NCBI GenBank assembly: GCA_963422365.1
Contig: OY729426.1
Span: 2,431,696 to 2,495,695 of the forward strand
Reading direction: 5' to 3'
DNA length: 64,000 bases
From: Nitrospirales bacterium
Lineage (GTDB): Bacteria; Nitrospirota; Nitrospiria; Nitrospirales; UBA8639
Shown here: piece after piece, positions 21,901 through 32,170 of the stretch
How the letters are laid out: each line of letters begins with the position of its first letter
Numbering within the stretch: the first letter of the stretch is position 1
Program-made: the position numbers and the translations under genes
Notes under the pieces: model-generated
Database searches by the model: none
What the model saw: the letters and a program-made list of their open reading frames with translations, nothing else
What the model was told of the DNA's origin: nothing

Positions 21901-24900
21901 CCCGTCGCCCTCACCGCAGCCAGCGACACCGCGCCACCCGCCACCGTGAGGCTCGTTACCGCGGTGGTGCCACCCACCGCCCCGACCAGCGTGATCGCGC
22001 CGGTATCCGCGTCCAGCGTCAGCGCATACCCCCCGTCAATCGTCGACGTGAACCGGATGACCCCGTCCGTGCCGTCGTCGTTGGCGTCACTGTCCACTCG
22101 CACGGCCCCGGCTAACGTCACCGGGCCGGTGAAGATCACGTTACCATCGTCACTGCGGTACACCCCGGCCAGCGTGAGGCTCGTGGTGCCCGTCACCGCT
22201 ATGTTCCCCGTCGCCGTCACCGCGGCCAGCGACACCGCGCCACCCGTCACCGTGAGGCTCGTTACCTCTACCGCCCCGGCCAGCGTGAGGCCCGTGCCCG
22301 TCACCGCCACAGCCCCCGTCGCCGTCACCGCAGCCAGCGACACCGCGCCACCCGCCACCGTGAGGCTCGTTACCGCGGTGGTGCCACCCACCGCCCCGAC
22401 CAGCGTGATCGCGCCGGTATCCGCGTCCAGCGTCAGCGCATACCCCCCGTCAATCGTCGACGTGAACCGGATGACCCCGGCCGTGCCGTCGTCGTTGGCG
22501 TCACTGTCCACTCGCACGGCCCCGGCTAACGTCACCGGGCCGGTGAAGATCATGTTACCATCGTCACTCCGGTACACCCCCGCCAGCGTGAGGCCCGTGC
22601 CCCTCACATCAATGTCGCCCGTCGCCCTCACCCCGGCCAGCGCCACCGCGCCCGCGGTCACCACCGTGAGGCTCGTTACCGCGGTGGTGCCACCCACCGC
22701 CCCGACCAGCGTGATCGTGCCGGTATCCGCATCCAGCACCAGCGCCTGCCCCCCGTCAATCGTCGACGTGAACCGGATGGCCCCGTCCGTGCTGTCGCCG
22801 TTGGCGTCACTGTCCACTCGCACGGCCCCGGCTAACGTCACCGGGCCGGTGAAGGTCATGTTACCATCGTCACTCCGGTACGCCCCCGCCAGCGTGAGGC
22901 CCGTCCCCGTCACCGCCACGGCCCCCGTCGCCCTCACCCCGGCCAGCGCCACCGCTCCCCTGGTCGCCACCGTGAGGCTCGCCACCGCGGTCCTGCCACC
23001 CACCGCCCCGACCAGCGTGATCGCGCCGGTATCTGCATCCAGGCTCAGCGCATACCCCCCGTCAATGGTCGACGTGAACCGGATGGCCCCGTCCGTGCCG
23101 TCGTCGTTGGCGTCACTGTTGACCGTCACAGCCCCGGCTAACGTCACCGGGCCGGTGAAGGTCACGTGGCCGTCATTCGAGAGCACGTTTCCCGCCAGCG
23201 TGATGCCCGTGCCCGTCACCGCCACGGCCCCCGTCGCCGTCACCGCGGCCAGCGACACCGCTCTCCTGGTCGCCACCGTCAGGCTCGTTACCTCTACCGC
23301 CCCGGCCAGCGTGATGCCCGCGATCCCCCTCACATCAACAGCCCCCGTCGCCGTCACCGCAGCCAGCGACACCGCGCCACCCGTCACCGTGAGGCTCGCT
23401 ACCGGGGTCGTGCCACCCACCGCCCCGACCAGCGTGATCGCGTCGGTATCCGCGTCCAGGCTCAGCGCATACCCCCCGTCAATCGTCGACGTGAACCGGA
23501 CCCCGTCCGTACTGTCGTCGTCGGCGTCACTGTTGACCGTCACGGCCCCGGCTAACGTCACCGGGCCGGTGAAGGTCACCTTGCCGTCGTCACTCCGGTA
23601 CGCCCCCGCCAGCCTGAGGCCCGTGCCCGTCACCGCCACGTCGCCCGTCGCCGTCACCGCAGCCAGCGACACCGCGCCACTGGTCACCACCGTGAGGCTC
23701 GCCACCGCGGTCCTGCCACCCACCGCCCCAACCAGCGTGATCGCGCCGGTATCTGCATCCAGGCTCAGCGCCTGCCCCCCGTCAATCGTCGACGTGAACC
23801 GGATGGCGCCGTCCGTGCCGTCGTCGTCGGCGTCACTGTTGACCGTCACGGCCCCGGCTAACGTCACCGGGCCGGTGAAGATCATGTTACCATCGTCACT
23901 GCGGTACGCCCCCGCCAGCCTGAGGCCCGTGCCCGTCACCGCCACGGCCCCCGTCGCCGTCACCGCAGCCAGCGACACCGCGCCACCCGTCACCGTGAGG
24001 CTCGCCACCGCGGTGCTGCCACCCACCGCCCCGACCAGCCGGATCGCGCCGGTATCCGCGTCCAGCGTCAGCGCCTGCCCCCCGTTAATCGTCGACGTGA
24101 ACCGGATGACCCCGTCCGTGCCGTCGTCGTCGGCGTCGCTGTTGACCGTCACAGCCCCGGTTAACGTCACCGGGCCGGTGAAGGTGATGTTGCCGTCGCT
24201 CGAGAGTACGTTCCCCGCCAGCGTGATGCCCCTAGCCGTCACATCAATGTCGCCCGTCGCCGTCACCGCGAGCAGCGCCACCGCGCCCGAGGTCGTCACC
24301 GTGAGGCTCGCCACCGGGGTGCTGCCACCCACCCCGGCCAGCGTGATCGTGCCGGTATCCGCATCCAGCACCAGCGCCTGCCCCCCGTCGATGGTCGACG
24401 TGAACCGGATGGCCCCGTCCGTACTGTCGTCGTCAGCGTCACTGTCCACCGTCACGGCCCCGGTTAACGTCACCGGGCCGGTGAAGGTCATGTTACCATC
24501 GTCACTCCGGTACTCCCCCGCCAGCGTGAGGCCCGTCCCCGTCACCGCCACGGCCCCCGTCGCCGTCACCGCAGCCAGCGACACCGCGCCACCCGCCACC
24601 GTCAGGCTCGCTACCGCGGTGGTGCCACCCACCGCCCCGACCAGCGTGATCGCGCCGGTATCCGCGTCCAGGCTCAACGCCTGCCCGCCGTTGATGGTCG
24701 ACGTGAACTCAATGGCCCCGTCCGTACTGTCGTCGTTGGCGTCACTGTCCACCGTCACGGCCCCGGTTAACGTCACCGGGCCGGTGAAGGTGACGTGGCC
24801 GTCATCACTGCGGTACGCCCCTGCCAGCCTGATGCCCGTGCCCGTCACATCAATGTCGCCCGTCGCCGTCACCGCAGCCAGCGACACCGCGCCACCCGTC

Positions 24901-27900
24901 ACCGTCAGGCTCGCCACCGCGGTCGTGCCACCCACCGCCCCGGCCAGGGTGATCGCGCCGGTATCCGCATCCAGGCTCAGCGCATACCCGCCGTCAATGG
25001 TCGACGTGAACGCAATGGCCCCGTCCGTGCCGGCGCCGTCGGCGTCACTGTTGACCCGCACGCCCCTGGCTAACGTCACCGGGCCGGTGAAGGTGATGTT
25101 ACCGTCGCTCGAGAACACGTTTCCTGCCAGCGTGAGGCCCGTGCCCGTCACCGCCATGTTGCCCGTCGCCAACACCGTGGCCAGCGACACCGCGCCACCC
25201 GTCACCGTCAGGCTCGTTACCGCGGTGGCGCCACCTACCGTCCCGGCCAGCGTGATCGCGCCGGTATCCGCATCCAGGCTCAACGCATACCCGCCGTCAA
25301 TGGTCGACGTGAACCGGATGGCGCCGTCCGTGCCGTCGTCGTCGGCGTCACTGTTGACCGTCACGGCCCCGGCTAACGTCACCGGGCCGGTGAAGGTGAT
25401 GTGGCCGTCATTCGAGAGCACGTTTCCCGCCAGCGTGAGGCCCCTAGCCGTCACCTCAATGTCGCCCGTCGCCGTCACCGCAGCCAGCGACACCGCGCCA
25501 CCCCTCACCTTCAGGCTCGTCACCCTGGTGGTACCACCCACCGTCCCGGCCAGCGTGATCGCGCCGGTCTCCGCGTCCAGGCCCAGCACCTGCCCGCCGT
25601 CAATGGTCGACGTGAACTCAATGGCGCCGGCCGTGTCGTCGTTGTCGGCGTTACTGTCCACCCACACGAAGTTGGCTAACGTCACCGGGCCGGTGAAGGT
25701 GATGTTACCGTCGCTCGTTGCAATGTCTGCGGCCAATGTGATCCTCGTGGTGCCCGTCACCGCCACGGCCCCCGTCGCCGTCACCGCAGCCAGCTCCACC
25801 GCGCCACCCGTCACCGTCAGGCTCGCCACCGCGGTGGTGCCACCCACCGCCCCGACCAGCCGGATCGCGCCGGTATCCGCGTCCAGGCTCAACGCCTGCC
25901 CGCCGTTGATGGTCGACGTGAACCGGATGGCGCCGTCCGTGCCGCTGTTGTTTTGGTCACTGTTGACCGTCACGTCCCCGGCTAACGTCACCGGGCCGGT
26001 GAAGGTGATGTTGCCGTCGTTACTGCGGTACGCCCCCGCCAGCGTGATACCCCTAGCCGTCACCGCCACGGCCCCCGTCGCCGTCACCGCGGGCAGCACC
26101 ACCACCGCGCCACTCCTCACCTTCAGGCTCGCCACCGGGGTCCTGCCACCCACCGCCCCGGCCAGCCGGATCACGCCGGTATCCGCGTCCAGGCTCAGCG
26201 CATACCCGCCGTCGATGGTCGACGTGAACGCAATGGCCCCGTCCGTGCTGTCATCGTCGGCGTCACTGTCCACCCGCACAGCCCCGGCTAACGTCACCGG
26301 GCCGGTGAAGGTGATGTTACCGTCGTTACTCTGGTACTGCCCGTCCAGCCGGATCGTGCCGCCCGTCACCGCCACGGCCCCCGTCGCCTTCACCGCAGCC
26401 AGCGACACCGTGCCACTGGTCACCACCGTGAGGCTCTTCACCATGGTCCCGCCACCCACCGCCCTGACCAGCCGGATCGCGCCGGTATCCGCGTCCAGCG
26501 TCAGCGCATACCAGCCGTTGATGTTCAAACTAAACGCAATGTTGCCGTCCCTGCCGTCGTTGTCGGCGTCACTGTTGACCGTCACCGCCCCGGTTAACAC
26601 CACCGAGCCGGTGAAGGTGATATTGCCGTCGTCACTCCGGTACGCCCCGGCCAGCCGGATCGTGCCGCCCGTCGTCACCGCCACGGCCCCCGTCGCCCTC
26701 ACCGCGGCCAGCGACACCGAGCCAGCCGTCACCGTCAGGCTCGCCACCGGGGTCCTGCCACCCACCGCCGCAGCCAGCCGGATCACGCCGGTATCCGCGT
26801 CCAGCGTCAGCGCATACCCGCCGTTGATGGTCGACGCGAACCGGATGGCGCCGTCCGTGCCGTCGTTGTCGGCGTCACTGTCCACCGTCACGTCCCCGGT
26901 TAACGCCACCGTGCCGACGGCGAAGGTAATATTGCCGTCGTCACTCCGGTACGCCCCGGCCAGCCGGCCCGTGCCGCCCTTCACATCAATCTTGCCCGTC
27001 GCCCTCACCCCGGCCATCAACACCTCGACACCCGACACCGTGAGGCTCGCCACCGGGGTGGTGCCACCCACCGCCCCGCCCAGTGTGGTCGTGCCGCTGC
27101 CCGAGTCCACCTCCAGCGCCTGCCCGCCGTCGATGGTCGACGTGAACTGAATGTCGCCGTCCGTGCTGTCGTCGTCGGCGTCACTGTTGACCGTCACGGC
27201 CCAGCCTAACGTCACCGGGCCGGTGAAGGTCACGTGGCCGTCGTCACTGCGGTACGCCCCCGCCAGCCGGATCGTGCCGCCCGTCACATGAATGTTGCCC
27301 GTCGCCGTCACCGCAGCCAGCGACACCGCGCCCGAGGTCGTCACCGTGAAGCTCGTCACCGGGGTCCTGCCACCCACCGCCCCGCCCAGCGTGATCGCGC
27401 CGCTGCCCGCGTCCAGATCCAGATCCTGCCCGCTACTCGTCTTCTTGCTGTTGATGGTCAACGTGAACCGGATGGCGCCGGCCGTGCCGTCGGCGTTGGC
27501 GTCACTGTCCACCCGCACGGCCCCGGCTAACGTCACCGGGCCGGTGAAGGTCACGTCGCCGTCGTTACTCTGGTATTCCCCCACCAGCCGGATGATCGTG
27601 CCGCCCGTCACATCAATGTTACCCGTCGCCGTCACCGCCCGCAGCGACACCGCGCCACCCGTCACCGTGAGGCTCGCCACCGCGGTGGTGCCACCCACCG
27701 CCCCGACCAGCTGGATCGCGCCGGTATCCGCGTCCAGGCTCAGCGCCTGCCCCCCGTCGATGGTCGACGTGAACCGGATGGCGCCGGCCGTGCCGTCAGC
27801 GTTGGCGTCACTGTTGACCGTCACGTCCCCGGTTAACGTCACCGGGCCGGTGAAGGTGATGTTACCGTCGTTCGTTCGAATGTCTGCGGCCAGCGTGATT

Positions 27901-29924
27901 GTGCCGCTGGACCTCACAACAAGTGATGCACTGCCGCCAATGCTCAGCGATTCGCCTACTGTGATAGCGGACGCCACAATCGAACTGCCGGCCTGGCCGG
28001 TACCGGTCGGGCCTGTGGTCGCTGTGCCGATGATGATGGACCCGGAAGTGACAAACCTCCCTATTTCCGCATTGCTGAGATTGCCAGCCCCAGCAGAAAT
28101 TGTCATCAGGACGGATTGGGACGGCGCCACATGTATGTCTCCCGTTCCGGCGTCTATGCTACTGGCGAGGTCAATCGCGAACCCGGCGCCAATCAGCGTG
28201 ACGTCGCCGTTGTTGGAGGTAATGGAACCACTGCTGCCAATCGTCAGTGTTCCGATGCCGTCGTTATTACCTGACCTCGGCGAGTCCGCTTCAAATATAA
28301 AATTGTGTGCGCCGTTGGTGCCGGTAATGGCAGCATTGATTGTCAGATGACGCCCTGCCTGCAGGCTCAGGGTGCTGCTTGAACTACCGCTCCTGTCGAT
28401 AGGAGAACTGACTGTCATGTCCCGCTGCGCTTGAAGGGTGACATCTCCATCGATGGCTTCGAATGCCACAGGCTGAATGTTATAATCGTTGCTATCGGAG
28501 CCGAAACTGATCTCGCCGTCGGCGGACACCTCATTGTTATTGGTTCCATCCCCATCGGAAATGGTGATATCCCTCGGGTCCAGGAGCAACTCGCCGGCTG
28601 AGCCGCCTGGCGCACGCAGATCGACCGCGGCTGCGGCAAATTGCAGATGACGCTTGCCCGATACTTCCGCAAAACCGCCATCGCCGGAATGGGTGCCACC
28701 GCGAGCGGAAATGCTCCCCAAAAAGCGAGTTACCCGTTCCGACCAAACGATGACTTTGCCCCCGTTGCCGGTGCCGGTGGCGTCGGCCCGGATTGTCACG
28801 TCGCCGCCAACCGTGGCGTATTCGGCGTTGCGCTCCGGTCCCTTGCCCTGGAAATTGCCGCCAATCAGGGTCGTGCCGCCGCCAGAATGCCCGGACGCAT
28901 CGATCTTGGCCTGCTCAACGACGCCGACTTTCTCGCCCAGCACTTTCACGCTGCCACCGGTCTCACCTCGCCCCTTGCCGGAAGCGTCCAGCTTGCCGGC
29001 GACCCGGACGATGCCCTCGCCATTGCCCAGCAGTTGAATGTGGCCGTTGCGCATTCCCACTGAGCGCGCTTCGACGATGCCGTCCATGTTGATGACGCGG
29101 TCAACCACGTCCTTCGCCGCACTGGCTGCCAGCCACACGGCTCCGCCGTCGGCATTGATCGTGCCGCTGTTGTCAACCAGCGCTGCCAGAGGGGCTCCAT
29201 CGGGGGCCGTCAGGCGCTCGGCCACGCGGTCATCAACCCTGAGCCGGATCAAGCTGTCGCCGTGGAGATCAAACGTGAAGGCATTGCCCGAAGCCAGCGC
29301 AACACGACCGAGCCGGGCGCGAATCACCCCGCTGTTCTCGACGCCGGGTGCCACCAGCGCTACCAAGCCGCCTTCGGCTGCGGTGATCCTGCCGCGGTTG
29401 ACGACCGTCCCGCCAGGATTATGGTTGATAGCAAAGTTGAAACGACCGGCCATGAAGTCTTCATTGCGGATATCGATCGTTGTCGCGACCAGGCCGGCGA
29501 CGTCCACCACGGCGGTTTTGCCGAACAGGATGCCATTCGGGTTGAGCAGCATGACCCGGCCGTTGGCGGTCAGCTTCCCGAGAAGATTGGAGTACGAATC
29601 GCCCCTGACCCGGTTCAGCGTCATCGAAGAAGCGGACGGCTGCCGAAAGTGGGTATGCTCGTCCACGTCAATCGAGAACGAACGCCAATCGATGACGGCG
29701 TTGGCGGAGCGCTGGTTGATATCAAGACGATTGGGCGTGGACTGTACGATGTCAGCCCCGCCGGCAATCACCTTGCCGTCCTTCGGCATTGCCTGCACCA
29801 GCCCGCCGGCCGTCAGCACCCCGCAAGACAGGGCCAACAGCAGTACGAGAAATGTCAATCGCCGACCAGAGATTCCATGATGGGCCTCGCTGATTCGCTC
29901 CGCAACATTAGGGAAAGCCGTCAT
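15945..29924 (-). CDS. Giant filamentous haemagglutinin-like TpsA exoprotein (copy 1), 4659 aa
   Basis: Signal peptide ending LVQA/MP; TPS domain (IDWRSFSI, LLNPNGILFG, GGFAEVSG, LLLDPRDI); about 35 repeats of ~101 aa; directly downstream of tpsB. Confidence 0.93.
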   Translation of the reverse strand: MTAFPNVAERISEAHHGISGRRLTFLVLLLALSCGVLTAGGLVQAMPKDGKVIAGGADIVQSTPNRLDINQRSANAVIDWRSFSIDVDEHTHFRQPSASSMTLNRVRGDSYSNLLGKLTANGRVMLLNPNGILFGKTAVVDVAGLVATTIDIRNEDFMAGRFNFAINHNPGGTVVNRGRITAAEGGLVALVAPGVENSGVIRARLGRVALASGNAFTFDLHGDSLIRLRVDDRVAERLTAPDGAPLAALVDNSGTINADGGAVWLAASAAKDVVDRVINMDGIVEARSVGMRNGHIQLLGNGEGIVRVAGKLDASGKGRGETGGSVKVLGEKVGVVEQAKIDASGHSGGGTTLIGGNFQGKGPERNAEYATVGGDVTIRADATGTGNGGKVIVWSERVTRFLGSISARGGTHSGDGGFAEVSGKRHLQFAAAAVDLRAPGGSAGELLLDPRDITISDGDGTNNNEVSADGEISFGSDSNDYNIQPVAFEAIDGDVTLQAQRDMTVSSPIDRSGSSSSTLSLQAGRHLTINAAITGTNGAHNFIFEADSPRSGNNDGIGTLTIGSSGSITSNNGDVTLIGAGFAIDLASSIDAGTGDIHVAPSQSVLMTISAGAGNLSNAEIGRFVTSGSIIIGTATTGPTGTGQAGSSIVASAITVGESLSIGGSASLVVRSSGTITLAADIRTNDGNITFTGPVTLTGDVTVNSDANADGTAGAIRFTSTIDGGQALSLDADTGAIQLVGAVGGTTAVASLTVTGGAVSLRAVTATGNIDVTGGTIIRLVGEYQSNDGDVTFTGPVTLAGAVRVDSDANADGTAGAIRFTLTINSKKTSSGQDLDLDAGSGAITLGGAVGGRTPVTSFTVTTSGAVSLAAVTATGNIHVTGGTIRLAGAYRSDDGHVTFTGPVTLGWAVTVNSDADDDSTDGDIQFTSTIDGGQALEVDSGSGTTTLGGAVGGTTPVASLTVSGVEVLMAGVRATGKIDVKGGTGRLAGAYRSDDGNITFAVGTVALTGDVTVDSDADNDGTDGAIRFASTINGGYALTLDADTGVIRLAAAVGGRTPVASLTVTAGSVSLAAVRATGAVAVTTGGTIRLAGAYRSDDGNITFTGSVVLTGAVTVNSDADNDGRDGNIAFSLNINGWYALTLDADTGAIRLVRAVGGGTMVKSLTVVTSGTVSLAAVKATGAVAVTGGTIRLDGQYQSNDGNITFTGPVTLAGAVRVDSDADDDSTDGAIAFTSTIDGGYALSLDADTGVIRLAGAVGGRTPVASLKVRSGAVVVLPAVTATGAVAVTARGITLAGAYRSNDGNITFTGPVTLAGDVTVNSDQNNSGTDGAIRFTSTINGGQALSLDADTGAIRLVGAVGGTTAVASLTVTGGAVELAAVTATGAVAVTGTTRITLAADIATSDGNITFTGPVTLANFVWVDSNADNDDTAGAIEFTSTIDGGQVLGLDAETGAITLAGTVGGTTRVTSLKVRGGAVSLAAVTATGDIEVTARGLTLAGNVLSNDGHITFTGPVTLAGAVTVNSDADDDGTDGAIRFTSTIDGGYALSLDADTGAITLAGTVGGATAVTSLTVTGGAVSLATVLATGNMAVTGTGLTLAGNVFSSDGNITFTGPVTLARGVRVNSDADGAGTDGAIAFTSTIDGGYALSLDADTGAITLAGAVGGTTAVASLTVTGGAVSLAAVTATGDIDVTGTGIRLAGAYRSDDGHVTFTGPVTLTGAVTVDSDANDDSTDGAIEFTSTINGGQALSLDADTGAITLVGAVGGTTAVASLTVAGGAVSLAAVTATGAVAVTGTGLTLAGEYRSDDGNMTFTGPVTLTGAVTVDSDADDDSTDGAIRFTSTIDGGQALVLDADTGTITLAGVGGSTPVASLTVTTSGAVALLAVTATGDIDVTARGITLAGNVLSSDGNITFTGPVTLTGAVTVNSDADDDGTDGVIRFTSTINGGQALTLDADTGAIRLVGAVGGSTAVASLTVTGGAVSLAAVTATGAVAVTGTGLRLAGAYRSDDGNMIFTGPVTLAGAVTVNSDADDDGTDGAIRFTSTIDGGQALSLDADTGAITLVGAVGGRTAVASLTVVTSGAVSLAAVTATGDVAVTGTGLRLAGAYRSDDGKVTFTGPVTLAGAVTVNSDADDDSTDGVRFTSTIDGGYALSLDADTDAITLVGAVGGTTPVASLTVTGGAVSLAAVTATGAVDVRGIAGITLAGAVEVTSLTVATRRAVSLAAVTATGAVAVTGTGITLAGNVLSNDGHVTFTGPVTLAGAVTVNSDANDDGTDGAIRFTSTIDGGYALSLDADTGAITLVGAVGGRTAVASLTVATRGAVALAGVRATGAVAVTGTGLTLAGAYRSDDGNMTFTGPVTLAGAVRVDSDANGDSTDGAIRFTSTIDGGQALVLDADTGTITLVGAVGGTTAVTSLTVVTAGAVALAGVRATGDIDVRGTGLTLAGVYRSDDGNMIFTGPVTLAGAVRVDSDANDDGTAGVIRFTSTIDGGYALTLDADTGAITLVGAVGGTTAVTSLTVAGGAVSLAAVTATGAVAVTGTGLTLAGAVEVTSLTVTGGAVSLAAVTATGNIAVTGTTSLTLAGVYRSDDGNVIFTGPVTLAGAVRVDSDANDDGTDGVIRFTSTIDGGYALTLDADTGAITLVGAVGGTTAVTSLTVAGGAVSLAAVRATGAVAVTGTGLTLAGVVEVTSLTVTGGAVSLAAVTATGNIAVTGTTRITLAGAYRSDDGNVTFTGPVTLAGAVTVNSDADDDGTDGVIRFTSTIDGGQALSLDADTGAITLVGAVGGATAVTSLTVTGGAVSLAAVTATGNIAVTATGLTLAGNVLSSDGHVIFTGPVTLAGAVTVNSDANDDSTDGDIRFTSTIDGGYALTLAAGSGTITLAGAVGGTTTVTSLTVTGGAVSLAAVTVTGAVAVTGTGLTLAGNVLSNDGNVIFTGPVTLAGAVTVNSDANDDGTDGVIRFTSTIDGGYALSLDADTGAIRLVGAVGGSTAVASLTVTTSGAVALAAVTATGAVAVTGMGLTLAGNVLSSDGHITFTGPVTLAGAVTVNSDADYDGTDGAIEFTSTIDGGYALSLDADTGAIRLAGVVGGSTAVASLTVMTSGAVALPAVTATGAVAVRGTGLTLAGNVLSSDGHITFTGPVTLAGAVTVNSDADGDGTAGAIEFTSTIDGGYALSLDADTGAITLAGAVGGTTPVASLTVRGGAVALAAVTATGDIDVTATGLTLAGNVLSNDGNVTFTGPVTLANFVWVNSDADADGTGGDIEFTSTIDGGQVLELDADTGAITLVGAVGGTTAVTSLTVTGGAVALVGVTATGAVAVTGTGLTLAGVYRSDDGNVTFTGPVTLAGAVTVDSDANADGTDGGIEFTSTIDGGYALTLDADTGAITLAGAVGGTTAVASLTVTTSGAVVALPAVTATGDIDVTGTGLTLAGAYRSDDGHVTFTGPVTLADFVWVNSDANTDGTDGDIEFTSTIDGGYALGLDADTGAITLAGAVGGTTPVASLTVRGGAVALAAVTATGDMAVTGTTGLTLAGVYRSDDGNVTFTGPVTLAGAVTVNSDANADGTAGAIRFTSTIDGGQALSLDADTGAIQLVGAVGGTTAVASLTVTGGAVALAAVTATGDMDVTGTGLTLAGAYRSDDGDVTFTGPVTLAGAVTVNSDANGDGTAGAIEFTSTIDGGQALSLDADTGAITLAGAVGGTTAVTSLTVTGGAVALAAVTATGDIDVTGTGLTLAGAYRSDDGNVTFTGPVTLAGAVTVNSDANADGTDGDIRFTSTIDGGYALSLDADTGTIHFEGDVGSTAKLGAMTITKAHDVTVGTSMRVTSFQQLAGTGTSDFGFSTLYSDTFVNVSTKDIKGRIIAKDVTLKSSNHIGVTVEVDSLTIEAKSVDIKGTVGGEAGTGNMVVTATTGITLAGEYSSDDGTITFTGPVTLAGDVTVNSDADGDGTAGDIEFTSTIDGGYALTLDADTGAITLAGAVGGTTAVASLTVAGGAVALAAVTATGDIDVTGTGLTLAGVYRSDDGNMIFTGPVTLAGDVTVNSDANGDGTDGAIEFTSTIDGGQALVLDADTGAITLAGAVGGTTPVASLTVAGGAVLLAAVTATGAVDVRGIAGLTLAGAVKVTSLTVRGGAVALAAVTATGDIDVTGTGLTLAGAYRSNDGDVTFTGPVTLAGAVTVNSDANGDGTDGAIRFTSTIDGGQALVLDADTGAITLVGAVGGTTAVASLTVAGGAVALAAVTATGDMDVTGTTGLTLAGVYRSDDGNVTFTGPVTLAGAVTVNSDANADSTAGAIRFTSTIDGGQALSLDADTGAITLVGAVGGTTAVTSLTVTGGAVALAAVTATGDMDVTGTTGLTLAGAYRSDDGHVTFTGPVTLAGAVTVNSDANADGTDGDIRFTSTIDGGYALSLDADTGTIHFEGDVGSTAKLGAMTITKAHDVTVGTSMRVTSFQQLAGTGTSDFGFSTLYSDTFVNVSTKDIKGRIIAKDVTLKSSNHIGVTVEVDSLTIEAKSVDIKGTVGGEAGQGAASKTIIRNKVPGMYKLNDFTSLGIGPEIRQYAELAALPLPNTTWRWGGAPGDVVFLPFSPILRASVMGAMDRSYPVNVFEMPFALLKPQTGMESIYDTLPGGMRDVWRHLGTDAMMNTHGGNDEDHYKR
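16670..27900 (-). repeat. Array of about 35 imperfect ~303-bp coding repeats in tpsA copy 1
   Basis: Anchor gggccggtgaag (FTGP) recurs mostly every 303-309 bp, occasionally 414 bp. Confidence 0.95.
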
Positions 29925-29944
29925 AGACCAATCTCCCTCTTCAG

Positions 29945-31700
<1,756 letters not shown>

Positions 31701-31758
31701 ACCCAGTTGTGTCTTATTGGAAGGCTTCCGCCCGTGTACACCATGTCCACCTTACAAT

Positions 31759-31792
31759 AGTTTAGGGGGGGGGGGTACTCAGGATATGTCAA
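31759..31792 (-). promoter_or_regulatory. Putative sigma70 promoter TTGACA-N22-TAAACT with a C11 tract in the spacer
   Basis: Minus strand reads TTGACA tatcctgagta CCCCCCCCCCC TAAACT, about 60 nt upstream of the tpsB ATG. Confidence 0.7.
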
Positions 31793-31842
31793 GTGTTCAC
31801 TCATAATTCAAACCCGCGCGCTTGTACGTCTCCCCCCATATG

Positions 31843-31951
31843 GGACGGCCAAGATCGCCAACACGGCCTCAGATCCACCAGGGAGAAGAGTCGAAGCAAG
31901 AAAGGCACTCAGAAACAAGACCCACAGGCCTGAACCGTCAATCGTCGTCAC
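31843..31951 (-). pseudogene. Truncated 5' fragment of the yqaA-family gene at the duplication junction
   Basis: Matches 14900-15008 (first ~36 codons), then runs into unrelated sequence and stops at 31808. Confidence 0.9.
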
Positions 31952-32170
31952 ACCCTGTCATCATAGGATTGTACAAAAGCCTGTGGATGACAAGAGAGTC
32001 AGGGTGAGTAGCCCGTTCATTGCGCCCAAAAAAAGGCACTAGGACGAGGATCTCGCCATCGTCACAGAACTCGCTAAACGCTCCACCAGCCTGGGAGTGC
32101 GCCTTGGCTTCTTGAAGACTTTTTGAGAATCATTCGAGACATCCCATCGCGCGAGTAGTGTCAATACAAC

